Origin: Myxococcota bacterium
GTDB taxonomy: Bacteria; Myxococcota_A; SURF-8
Length of the DNA: 64,000 nucleotides
Direction: 5' to 3'
NCBI GenBank assembly: GCA_965140415.1
Contig: OZ223209.1
Coordinates: 5,344,001 to 5,408,000 of the forward strand
The notes under the pieces were generated by a model that saw only the letters and a program-made list of their open reading frames with translations, was not told the DNA's origin and made no database searches. This document shows, piece by piece, positions 37,114 through 47,800 of the stretch. The position numbers were made by a program, and so were the translations under genes. Position 1 is the first letter of the stretch; each line of letters opens with the position of its first letter.

Positions 37114-39393
37114 ATGAAACGTACAGTATCCACTGTCGTCTATTGGCTTCTTACGGGAGTCATTCTATCTGTTTTCGCGTATGGTTGCTCTGACAGCAAC
37201 AGTGGTTCTGACGGAATAATCGATGGCGATCAGGAACAGGAACTGCCGGTCACAGATGGGGATGGTTCAGAAAACGATGTTTCTTCAGTTGATGGCGATT
37301 CCGATTCTGTCCTGGATGATGTCTGTGATCCAAATCCATGCAAGGACCATAACCGGACGACTTGCCTACCTGGAGATGACGGTTCGCATTCTTGCGAATG
37401 CGACGGAGGTTTCCGAGATTACGGCGACGGTGAATGTAAATTATCCGAACCGTGCGCAACCGACGACATCTGTGAAGATCTGAACAGACATTGCACGAAT
37501 AATAACGGTGTAACAGAATGCGGAGATTGCCTTCCCGGTTTCCACGAAGAAGATGATGATTGTACCGCCGATGAGGAATGTTCCGAGACTTCATGCAACA
37601 ATCGTGGTGATTGCGACGATTCCAACGGTTGGATTGCTTGTGATTGCGAAACTGGATATGCAGGCGATTATTGTGAGAACTGTGACGAAGCGGCGAATTG
37701 GCACTGGAATGGCGTGGGAGATGCTTGCACCACCGATCCCTGCGATCCGGATCCCTGCGATGCATCGACCCATCGAGTTTGCGATCGTGGATCGCTGGGA
37801 CAATGTATCTGTGAACCCGATTATTGCGACATCAACGGCATTTGTGTTCACGATGGACTGAGCAATCCTGAGAATCTTTGCCAGAAATGCGATTCCTCTA
37901 ATAATACTAATAGCTGGAGTCCAAAACCATCCACGGTGCTTTGTAGACCCGCTGTGGGCTCCTGCGATATCCCCGACTATTGTGATGAGACGGGTGGAAT
38001 TTGCCCGGAAGACGCCATGATGCCAGACCAGGATAGCGGTATTGCCTGCGGGCTGAATGGTCGCGGCGATCTGGTGCAGGTGTGCATTGATGGATACTGG
38101 TCTATTTCTCAGCAATGCGCCGATCCGGATTATTGCATCGATGGTATCCGGCGGCTGGGTGTAACTGCTTGTGGCTTCAATGGTCGCGGCGTGCTGGAGC
38201 AGTTGTGTGAAGGCGGCTATTGGTCCAACACCGACACCTGCAACGACCCCGATGTATGCACGGATGACGACACGCGCAACATTTCCTGCGGATTGAATGG
38301 CCGAGGATCATATTCGCAGGGGTGCATCCACGGTCATTGGCGCAGCAGCGAAGCCTGCCAGGATCCAGATGTATGCCGGGACGGAACGGCACGAGCGGTC
38401 ACTTGCCAATCAGAGGGACACACCGGATCCAAACCGCAGGCCTGTGCAAACGGCTTCTGGGAGGACAATGGAGAGTGTGTGGTTACGATCGATGTGCAAG
38501 TGGTCGTTGAGGAAACAGAAGTCACGAACGGACTGGTGCATTTTACCTTTGTGGTCCAAGAGCCGGTTGTGGAAGCGGAGTTATTCCTTGACTCAGAGTC
38601 AATAGGGCAAGCCCAAAATCTGATGGGTCGGTTCACGCTTCCGACGAACCATCTTGCCGATGGATCACACTCAATCCAGATATGGGTGCGATCGGCGGAT
38701 GGACGCGAAGGAGAAGGCGAATCGTTATTTATCGTTGACAATCCGTCCGTATCCATTACAGCCTTCGAAGCGCCGGAAACCGTCTATCCCGGCTACCAAG
38801 TGGACATCGAAGTCAAAGCCGAGGGAGCAGTTACAGATATCGAACCGGATTTCTCGGAGATGATCGATGGTTTCCAACAGGGTACCGTTTCATTCGCAAC
38901 GCTGGGTGGAGGGTGGTATCGTGCGCGTTATACCCTGCCTTCGGTCATCGATGCCGATGAGGCCTGGTATGCAATCCCCGTCGATGTCGTGGGATCGGAT
39001 GGTAGCCGCATTCGACTGGAGGACATCCGCGTGTTCCTGGCTTCCGGCGAGCCGATGCTCCTCCGGCACGAATATGCTACTTACAGCCCGGAATCGCTGC
39101 CCGAGGAGCGCGATCTGTGGGCGAGCGCCGATATCGATAGTTTCCCAAGTTCCATGTCGATCATCACCGGCGGCGAGGCGGACCTTGCCGTGAGCGTTTC
39201 TGGAGTTGCGACAGGAGCGACTCTATTGCTGTCTGTCCGTGGAATGGGCGGTCATTTGGTTTATTCTCTGGATGCACTGCGAAATCTCCAACGCCGAACC
39301 CGGGCGGGGAAAGCATTCTCCCCGATGTGCCTTTGCGGCCGAAGCGGCCCGTCGAACGTCCACCCAGTACGCGCTCGGGAGAATCCTTCGTGA
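37114..39393 (+). CDS. Cys/EGF-rich lipoprotein with Ig-like domains (5' part of a probably frameshifted gene)
   Basis: GGAGG RBS, AYGC lipobox, EGF-like repeats, CGLNGRG repeats. Overlaps the next ORF in the -1 frame. Confidence 0.75.
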   Translation: MKRTVSTVVYWLLTGVILSVFAYGCSDSNSGSDGIIDGDQEQELPVTDGDGSENDVSSVDGDSDSVLDDVCDPNPCKDHNRTTCLPGDDGSHSCECDGGFRDYGDGECKLSEPCATDDICEDLNRHCTNNNGVTECGDCLPGFHEEDDDCTADEECSETSCNNRGDCDDSNGWIACDCETGYAGDYCENCDEAANWHWNGVGDACTTDPCDPDPCDASTHRVCDRGSLGQCICEPDYCDINGICVHDGLSNPENLCQKCDSSNNTNSWSPKPSTVLCRPAVGSCDIPDYCDETGGICPEDAMMPDQDSGIACGLNGRGDLVQVCIDGYWSISQQCADPDYCIDGIRRLGVTACGFNGRGVLEQLCEGGYWSNTDTCNDPDVCTDDDTRNISCGLNGRGSYSQGCIHGHWRSSEACQDPDVCRDGTARAVTCQSEGHTGSKPQACANGFWEDNGECVVTIDVQVVVEETEVTNGLVHFTFVVQEPVVEAELFLDSESIGQAQNLMGRFTLPTNHLADGSHSIQIWVRSADGREGEGESLFIVDNPSVSITAFEAPETVYPGYQVDIEVKAEGAVTDIEPDFSEMIDGFQQGTVSFATLGGGWYRARYTLPSVIDADEAWYAIPVDVVGSDGSRIRLEDIRVFLASGEPMLLRHEYATYSPESLPEERDLWASADIDSFPSSMSIITGGEADLAVSVSGVATGATLLLSVRGMGGHLVYSLDALRNLQRRTRAGKAFSPMCLCGRSGPSNVHPVRARENPS

Positions 39394-41063
39394 TTCCAAT
39401 CCACTTACCCAACGGAGCGCTTCCTGACAATGCTCAAGGAACCTGGATATTGGAATACGGCATAGCCGACAGTCAGGGCCGTATCGCACATACCTACACA
39501 TCTACTTTGACCTATGCAGAAGCTCAGGCCGGGAACCTGCGGGTAAGCTTGGCGTGGGATACACCAACTGACGTGGACCTGCACGTTGTGGAACCAAGCA
39601 GTGAAGAAATCTACTACAGTCACCGGAACAGTTCAACAGGTGGTTACTTGGATCTCGATTCCAACCCTGCTTGTAATCTCGACAACGTCAACCAGGAAAA
39701 CGTTTTCTGGGAATTGCCTCCCTCGGGTGAATACATCGTCCGGGTGGATTATTGGAGCGCCTGCGGCAGCTACCCGGCGAATTACAGGGTGACGGTTACC
39801 GGGTGCGGAGTCGAGGAAGTTCGGACCAGGCGTTTCGAAAGTTACCAGGCCGATGGCGGCGGAGCGGGTTCCGGCACGGAAGTTCTCAGATTTACGGCCA
39901 ATTGCGGAGGATACAAGGTTAGTGGAAAGGCGGAGTATAATGGATATTCCGTTACAGGCATGGAACGTACATTCGATCTTGAAGGGGTTCCTATCAGAGT
40001 TGTATCGTCGAACGGTATCCAACTCAATCAACACGATGCCGTCGTTGGCCCAAATGGCAATTATTCAATTCCATTTGACTGGCCAGTTTCGGGCGCGACA
40101 TCACCAGTCCATTTAGAAGTTTATGCAGATTCGGATTGGGTAAGAGTAGAAAAGCAAGATCACTCTCTACAGCGTTACACTTCTTCAGAATGGGATCCTG
40201 CAAGTATACGGGACAAGATCTTAACTTTTACAGTTCCAGTTAATTCGAAATCTGGTGCTTTCCATATTTTCAAGAAAGCTAAATCTGGCCACGACTGGTA
40301 TCGCGCAAAGGGACGGATTCTAACCGAGAAATCCATATTCGTTTGGGATTCAGGGATAGTTTCACCGTTCTGCGAAGGAAATAGCTGTTACTGGGGTAGA
40401 ACCAATAGAATATACATCGGCGGAGATCTCAGAAACCCCGATGAATTCGATGATTCAGTCATACTGCACGAACTCGGTCATCGCGCTGTTGATGTATTGG
40501 AAGTAAAGGATGATAATCCAGGTGAAGAACATGTAATCAGCGCCCGCTCGGACCCTTGCCTTGCATGGAATGAGGGATTGGTTACATTTCTCGCGCAACT
40601 CATCCTTGACAATAGAAACTGGGTGAACAGGAATAGCTGTCGAGAAACGGAAAACGGTTATAGCTGTGGCTTTTTTGTCTTTCCGATCGATCGCATCCAT
40701 TCGATCCCAGAAGGATTAGGGACGGATCCCGAATTTACGGCAGCGGGGCTTATTTCAGAAGCTTTGGTCACGGCTGCACTGTGGGACCTCCACGATCCTA
40801 CCGAAGAGAACGGACCAGATAGGTTTTCCGGATTGGAAAACGTCGTTCTTCAGGTCGTTTTCGATCACCTTAACCTGGACGCTGAGAATGCAGGTAATTT
40901 CGATTGGGGAGTGGGTGAGAAAGCCGACTTCGCCGATTTCGTCGGTCTGTTCGGATGTTCGCTGACGGGCGACGCTTTCGGCAATTTCCGAGACCTGTTG
41001 AACGAACGATACCAGTTAGATTGGCTGACACTTCCGTCTTTCTGTGGAGAGGATGAAGAATAA
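39327..41063 (+). CDS. YfaP/DUF2135-like domain plus HEXXH zinc metallopeptidase (3' part of frameshifted gene)
   Basis: LRVSLAWD..TDVDLHV.EP, LDLDSN, VILHELGH...AWNEG. No signal peptide of its own. Confidence 0.7.
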   Translation: MPLRPKRPVERPPSTRSGESFVIPIHLPNGALPDNAQGTWILEYGIADSQGRIAHTYTSTLTYAEAQAGNLRVSLAWDTPTDVDLHVVEPSSEEIYYSHRNSSTGGYLDLDSNPACNLDNVNQENVFWELPPSGEYIVRVDYWSACGSYPANYRVTVTGCGVEEVRTRRFESYQADGGGAGSGTEVLRFTANCGGYKVSGKAEYNGYSVTGMERTFDLEGVPIRVVSSNGIQLNQHDAVVGPNGNYSIPFDWPVSGATSPVHLEVYADSDWVRVEKQDHSLQRYTSSEWDPASIRDKILTFTVPVNSKSGAFHIFKKAKSGHDWYRAKGRILTEKSIFVWDSGIVSPFCEGNSCYWGRTNRIYIGGDLRNPDEFDDSVILHELGHRAVDVLEVKDDNPGEEHVISARSDPCLAWNEGLVTFLAQLILDNRNWVNRNSCRETENGYSCGFFVFPIDRIHSIPEGLGTDPEFTAAGLISEALVTAALWDLHDPTEENGPDRFSGLENVVLQVVFDHLNLDAENAGNFDWGVGEKADFADFVGLFGCSLTGDAFGNFRDLLNERYQLDWLTLPSFCGEDEE

Positions 41064-41140
41064 GTGGACCATGAATAACGGATACCTATTGACAGAATAG
41101 AAATTCAAATGATAGTGTCGCTACATCCTTCGTCATAGAT

Positions 41141-43012
41141 TTGCAGAACAATTGGACCAGTACAGAAACGGGGCGTTCATTGCAATTGTTATACAGACTT
41201 GTATGTGTGTTATCGGCTCTCGTGCTTACCGCTACCTTGGTGGCTTGTTCGAATGAAGCTCAAGAACAGGTAGGTGGCGAAGCGCCGGAAAAGGTAGAAC
41301 TCGGCCGCCTTGAACTGGCTTCCACGAACCTAGCTACTAGCCGCACGGCGCACACTGCGACGCTGCTTACCGATGGCCGGGTCCTGGTGGTCGGTGGATC
41401 GACGGATGCGCGTGCAGAATTGTTGGATCAGAATGGTGCGAATCCTCAGTTTACCGGAGCGCTTGCTACGAACAGACTCAACCACGCGGCGGTTATATTG
41501 CAGAATGCCAAGGTCATGGTCGTGGGCGGTCAGTCCCAGGGCGGTGGTGATTACCTGGTCTCTACCGAGCTTTTCGATCCGGCAACGGAAACCTTCTCAG
41601 CCGGACCGAGCTTGACCGTGGCTCGCAAGGCTCCGACCCTGAATCTTCTGCATAACGGTAACGTGTTGATCTGCGGTGGGCAAAGCGATTTCAGCACGTA
41701 CTTGAATACCTGCGAGATATACGACCCTACGGCAGAAACCGTTGCCGCTGTTCCGGGCAGCATGCAGCATGCCCGGGCTGGGCATACGGCGGTGTTGTTG
41801 CAGGACGGCAACGTGCTGATTTGTGGTGGGATGGAGGCGCAGAACAGTCCGGTGGCCTCCTGCGACCGGTACAACGCCGGCACGAACACCTTTACCGCCG
41901 TCCAGCCCATGTACGAGGCCAGGGCGAGCCATACGGCGACGGTACTAACTGATGGGCGGATATTGGTAGTGGGCGGTCGTTCGGCCTCATCCGCCTTGGC
42001 TTCGACCGAAGCTTACAACCCGTTTGCCAACACCTGGATAGATTCCGGTGAACTATCTCAGGCAAGATATTTGCACTCGGCGAGTTTACTGCCGGATGGA
42101 CGAGTTGTGATAGTCGGTGGATACTCTGGCTCTGTAGGGTTAGATTCTGTTGAAATCCTTGAAAGATGTGCCATCGCGAATGCTGGTCAAGATAAGACTG
42201 CAGAGCCTTTAAGCATAGTGTACCTTAATCAACAAGGTTTTTCCTACTTGGGCGAACAAAACGTTGAGTATAAGTGGGAGTGGCTTAACAAGCCGAACGA
42301 CTCTTACAGGGCAATAATTCAAGATAGTGAAAACAATTCTGTAGCAGGTCAGTGGTTAAGTGACTCAAACATTCATTTCTATTCAGAAACGCCCGGAACA
42401 TATGAGTTGAAACTAACGTTACGGGTTCTCGTAGGGGATTGTGAAGAAATCACCACTGACGAAATAGCTGTTGAGGTGGTTCCTGTTACAGATATTTATG
42501 TTCAACTTACCTGGACATCAGCAAGCAGCGACTACGATCTGCACATAATTCAGCCCGGTGGGCACTTTTCGAGAGATTGTGATGATGGTAATGATACCGA
42601 TTGTCATTATTGCAATTGCAATACATACAACGGAACAGCAACAGACTGCCCAGAAAGAGGCTGTCCCGGCCCTATCAATGCAGTTGATTGGAATGTTCTG
42701 GCTCAACGGTCAGATGATCCAATGTTGCTTATTGATGACATTCCAGGAAGGGGTCCTGAAGCGATAATAATGTCTAATGCGAATGCAGGTGATTACCTGG
42801 TAGCCGTTGAAAACTACTCAAACATAAACTACAACGATGCAGCGAAAGTAAGAATATGGATTCATGGAATTCTTAGGGCAACATTTGGTTATGGACCACC
42901 ATATACTTCAAACGGTATTGAACCCGAGACACATTGGAATGTCTGCTGGGTTCGTGTAATTGGTGCTGAAAACATAGAAATAATTCCTGATGGGACAATC
43001 GATCCTTCATAG
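41141..43012 (+). CDS. Kelch-propeller lipoprotein with PKD-like and YfaP-like C-terminus
   Basis: LVAC lipobox, R..HTATLL.DGRVLV.GG blades, ANAGQD, VQLTW..DYDLH...GPE. Start uncertain (TTG). Confidence 0.8.
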   Translation: MQNNWTSTETGRSLQLLYRLVCVLSALVLTATLVACSNEAQEQVGGEAPEKVELGRLELASTNLATSRTAHTATLLTDGRVLVVGGSTDARAELLDQNGANPQFTGALATNRLNHAAVILQNAKVMVVGGQSQGGGDYLVSTELFDPATETFSAGPSLTVARKAPTLNLLHNGNVLICGGQSDFSTYLNTCEIYDPTAETVAAVPGSMQHARAGHTAVLLQDGNVLICGGMEAQNSPVASCDRYNAGTNTFTAVQPMYEARASHTATVLTDGRILVVGGRSASSALASTEAYNPFANTWIDSGELSQARYLHSASLLPDGRVVIVGGYSGSVGLDSVEILERCAIANAGQDKTAEPLSIVYLNQQGFSYLGEQNVEYKWEWLNKPNDSYRAIIQDSENNSVAGQWLSDSNIHFYSETPGTYELKLTLRVLVGDCEEITTDEIAVEVVPVTDIYVQLTWTSASSDYDLHIIQPGGHFSRDCDDGNDTDCHYCNCNTYNGTATDCPERGCPGPINAVDWNVLAQRSDDPMLLIDDIPGRGPEAIIMSNANAGDYLVAVENYSNINYNDAAKVRIWIHGILRATFGYGPPYTSNGIEPETHWNVCWVRVIGAENIEIIPDGTIDPS

Positions 43013-43061
43013 CATTTGAATGGCCGATGTTTTAAGGCGTTAATCCAGAAAGAGGATTCTC

Positions 43062-44657
43062 ATGAAACTGTTGCATAACGCAACCACAGCGATGGTTTTC
43101 ACGCTCTCAATTTATTTTATTGTTGCATGTTCAAATCAACCTCAGGATCCGGTTAGTGGCAAAGCATCGAACACTCCCGAACTCGGTCGCTTGGAGTTGG
43201 CTTCCACGAACCTAGCCACTGGCCGCACGGCGCACACGGCGACGCTCTTGACCGATGGCCGCGTCCTGGTAGCGGGTGGATCGACGGATTCACGGGCTGA
43301 GATCCTGGACCAGAACGGAGTGAACCCTCAGTTTACTGGGGCACTTGCGACTAATCGGCTCAGCCATTCGGCTGTACTTCTTCAAAATGGCAAAGTCTGG
43401 GTGGTTGGCGGTGTTGAAGGTGTCAGTAACTATTTAGCTTCCACGGAGTTGTACGATCCCTCGGCTGGGACGTTTTCTACCGGACCGAGCTTGACCGTTG
43501 CACGCAAATCACCAACCCTGAATCTTTTGAGAGATGGAAAAGTGTTGATCTGCGGCGGACAAAGCGATTTCAGTACCTATTTGGATACCTGCGATCTGTA
43601 CGACCCGACGGTTGAAACCGTTGCCGCTGTGCCGGGCAGCATGCATCATGCCCGAGCAGGGCATACGGCGGTATTGCTCCAGGACGGCAACGTGCTGATT
43701 TGCGGGGGCATGCAAGCTCAGAATAGTCCAGTGGCCTCCTGCGACCGATACAACGCGGACACAAACACCTTTACCGCCGTCCAGCCGATGAATGAGGCTA
43801 TGGCGAGCCATACGGCGACGGTGCTAACAAATAATATGGTTTTGGTTACAGGAGGACGTTCGACAACCGCAGCGCTTTCAAACACAGAAATCTATGATCC
43901 ACAATCAGATGCATGGTTTGATGGTGGCAATTTGCTTCAAGGAAGATATTTGCATTCAGCAAATTTATTACCCGACGGTTGTGTAATAATTGCTGGGGGG
44001 TATACCGGAACTGGTGCTTTAGCATCGAATGAAACGTTTTGTAATATAATCCCATCATCGAACGAGGATGGTTTCCGCATCGATGACCTGATTATACATA
44101 GTCCGCAAATGGTTAATCAAGGAATCGATATAACAGCTTTACTCAACGAACAGCTTGCAGTAAGCATTGCTAACAAAGACCTGAATATGCTTTTATTGCC
44201 TATATGCAATAACTTTCTAGATTTCCCATATGAAATGCGAATATCGAATGGAGAAAGAGTTGGATCCGAGTACAACATGAACTCGGAGAACAGCCATGCA
44301 TTTATCGCTGTGGCAGACACAGAAGCGGAGCGGCGCTTCAAATCTATCGGTGATGTCACAGTGACCATCCCTTTAGGAAATACACCAGATGCCTTTCTTA
44401 TCCTGCGTGAAGCAGATGTAAGAGGCACATATTTAGGTGGCTTCTCGGGTCTTGATGAAGGTCTGATTATGGGTGCGGTTAGCGAAGTGGATGCAGCTGC
44501 ATTTATAGTCTATCAGTATGGTTCCTACACAGTTACACTAGCTGATGTTTTTAATTTGATAGGTCTTCAACCCGACTTTACATTTAAAGACGGAAGCAAA
44601 GGTTACATTTTCGTCCTCTCTTATGTCGCAGATGCGGCACATGTAACTCGTCAATAG
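43062..44657 (+). CDS. Kelch-propeller lipoprotein with unknown C-terminal domain
   Basis: GAGG RBS, IVAC lipobox, Kelch module closely similar to that of 41141..43012. Confidence 0.85.
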   Translation: MKLLHNATTAMVFTLSIYFIVACSNQPQDPVSGKASNTPELGRLELASTNLATGRTAHTATLLTDGRVLVAGGSTDSRAEILDQNGVNPQFTGALATNRLSHSAVLLQNGKVWVVGGVEGVSNYLASTELYDPSAGTFSTGPSLTVARKSPTLNLLRDGKVLICGGQSDFSTYLDTCDLYDPTVETVAAVPGSMHHARAGHTAVLLQDGNVLICGGMQAQNSPVASCDRYNADTNTFTAVQPMNEAMASHTATVLTNNMVLVTGGRSTTAALSNTEIYDPQSDAWFDGGNLLQGRYLHSANLLPDGCVIIAGGYTGTGALASNETFCNIIPSSNEDGFRIDDLIIHSPQMVNQGIDITALLNEQLAVSIANKDLNMLLLPICNNFLDFPYEMRISNGERVGSEYNMNSENSHAFIAVADTEAERRFKSIGDVTVTIPLGNTPDAFLILREADVRGTYLGGFSGLDEGLIMGAVSEVDAAAFIVYQYGSYTVTLADVFNLIGLQPDFTFKDGSKGYIFVLSYVADAAHVTRQ

Positions 44658-44751
44658 GCATTCTTTAAAGTGAGGTCTATTTCCGTGGGAAGTGGGTGAG
44701 ATTGGATATTTGGCTAATGGATATTTTAATTTGGAAGTAAGGCGAGAAATC

Positions 44752-44770
44752 TCCGCGCCGAAGGCGCGGA
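44752..44770. terminator. GC hairpin
   Basis: TCCGCGCC-GAA-GGCGCGGA. Confidence 0.4.
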
Positions 44771-44810
44771 CGCTCATAAAATCAATTTACGCTGAGTCAA
44801 GGAGGCGTTC

Positions 44811-47800
44811 ATGAAACAGACAATCGGATGGATGATACTGGCGGGTTTGTTGCTTTTTCCCACCCTGGCTCATGCGGGATGGAGCGACGGCGGAAGCATG
44901 TCGTACGTGCGCTACCAGCACACAGCCACCCTGTTGGCCGACGGGCGCTTGCTGGTTCTTGGCGGCAGCGGCGCGACGGCCTCCGGCACAACGGCAGAAG
45001 TGCTATCTTTAAGTGGGAGTACAGCGCTTGATGCCCCGATCATCACATATGCCCCGGGAACCGCCCACCCCGGTGATACGATCACCTTCACCGGCAGCGG
45101 TTTTCGTAGTGTTGGGGAAGGCAGCAGTGGAAATTCGCAAAGTTCAGCAGCGGATCATCCGATTGTCTGGCTGCAATACAACAGTTCGAAGACTTACCTG
45201 ACTGCCAGCGTCTGGAACGATGCCAACATCGAGGTCACTCTTCCTTGTTCGACTGATTTTCATACCTACACACTGGGCGTGACGGTTAGCGGGGTCAGCG
45301 ATTCCCAAAGCATCACAATAGGCGGCGCAGGGCAGGGAGAATCGTGTATTTGTGATGAAGCATGCCAGTATCAATATTCGAATCCTGATGTTTGTTATGA
45401 ATCCATTGGAGCTTGTACGGCAGGACAATGTGATTATCCTCCTGTGAATGAGGGGGTATTTTGCAATGATGGCGATCCTTGTACATATGATGATGTATGC
45501 GACGGTGCCGGTTCTTGCGAGGGAACGGACTACACCTGCACGCCCAACCAATGCCAGACGGCCTCTGCCTGCGACGGAGAGGGTGGCTGCAATCCAACCA
45601 ACAAGCCCAACGGTACAGGTTGCGATGACAATAATCTTTGCACACTTGACGATGAATGCTCCGCTGGCCAGTGCGGCGGTGATCCGAAAATCTGCGACAC
45701 GCCCAACATCGCCTTCTGTCAGGATTCTGCCACGTCGATCGTATACAACACCATTGGCGCTTGCGACCACTCCGACGGTGAATGCGACTATACCTACAAC
45801 GAAATCGACTGCTCATTGGGTTGCGGTGGTGGTTGCAACGAGATCACCGGGCTTTGCAATGGTGACCCCTGCTGTGGTGTAGTCTGTGAAGACCCACCGA
45901 ATTCATTCTGTTTTTCCTCCACCGGAACCTGCTCGGGAGGGGCTTGCAGTTACAGCCAGAGCACGCCGGGAACGAGTTGCAACGACGGAAATTCCTGCAC
46001 CTATTCCAGCACCTGCGATGCTGCCGGAAATTGTGAAGGGTTGGATCGACCTGCTGGATATGCCTGCAACGATGGGAACGCTTGCAGCTATGGCGATATC
46101 TGTGACGGAGAAGGCACCTGCGCCGGAGCAACGGTCTATACCTGTCCCGAGCCGACGCAGTGTGAAGTATCCGTGGTTTGTGATGGAACAGGCGGCTGTA
46201 CACACACTTACAAGACGAATGGGACCACTTGTAACGATGGGTTGAACAACACCCGCAATGATCGCTGTGACGGCGAGGGCGGCTGCGCGGGGGATTTCTA
46301 TGTCTGCACCCCAACGCAATGCGAAGCGACTTCAACTCCCAACGGCGTGGATTGCACCGTAACCTACAAGACCGGTGGAACCTCCTGCAACGATGGTGCC
46401 GCCTGTACGCACACGGACGAATGCGACGGCGCGGGCAATTGCGGCGGCACGAGCTATACCTGCCCCTCCCCGAACGACTGCGAAATCAGTGTGACCTGCG
46501 ATGGCCAGGGTGGTTGCAGCCACAATTACCGCAATCAAGGCTATGCATGTACTTCGGACAACCTTTCGTGCACGAATGATATCTGCGACGGAGTGGGGAC
46601 ATGTACACATGCCCTGCAGAACGACAAGTGCCTGATAGATGAGACCTGTTACGCCAGCAACGTGGCGAATCCTGGAAACGAGTGCACCGGTTGCAACCCT
46701 GCCAACTCGCAGAATTCATGGAGCAACCTGCAGCAGGGAACAGCTTGTGACGACGATGCCTTCTCCTGTACAAACGACATCTGCGACGGTGAAGGTGAAT
46801 GCACGCATCCGGTGCAGACCAACCGCTGCTTGATCGGTGGACAGTGCTATTCGCCTGGAGCATCCAATCCGAGCAATGCCTGCGAAGAGTGCACGCCAAC
46901 GGATTCACAAAGTGCGTGGAGCGATTCTGACCAAGGGAAAGCTTGCGAAGCGGATGCCTTCTCCTGCACCAACGACATCTGTGATGGTGAGGGCACATGC
47001 ACGCATCCCGTGCAGACGGATAAGTGCTTGGTCGATGGCACTTGCTATGCCAACGGAGCGGCCCAACCCGGCGAAGAGTGCATCGGTTGTGTTTCGGCCC
47101 TAAGCCAATCTACCTGGAACAATCTGCCACTTGATACCACGTGTAATGATGACGTCTCTTGTACGCACAGCGATGTGTGCGACGGATTTGGAGTTTGTGA
47201 AGGCACAGATTACGAATGCGAAGCTCCAAACCAGTGTGAAGTTAGTGTGAATTGTGATGGCCAAGGAGGTTGTGACAGGGAATACAAGACAAGCGGTACC
47301 GTCTGCGATGACAGCACCGATTGCACGTATTCTGATGTGTGCGATGGCGCTGGATCCTGCGCTGGAACAGCCTACGCTTGTTCCGAGCCGACTCAGTGCG
47401 AGGTGTCAGTGGTTTGCGATGGGCAAGGCGATTGTATCGTGACTGATCAGCCCAGCGGATTTGTCTGTGATGACGGTGTTGACTGCACGCATGCGGATAT
47501 CTGTGACGGGGCTGGCACTTGTGCAGGAACTAGCTACACCTGCCGTGACCCGGAAGAGTGCGAGTTAGCGGTCAACTGTGATGGTTTGGGTGGCTGCGAG
47601 CCCGATAATACACCGCATGGCGAAGCTTGCACGGCAGATGAATTGGCCTGTACAGCGGATATCTGCGATGGCTCAGGCGATTGCGTCCATGAACCGACTT
47701 CCGATACCTGTTTGATTGATGGCGTTTGTTACAACGACGGCACACGCAACCCGAATAACCAATGCCAACGTTGCGCATCCGGCCAATCTCAGACGGAATG

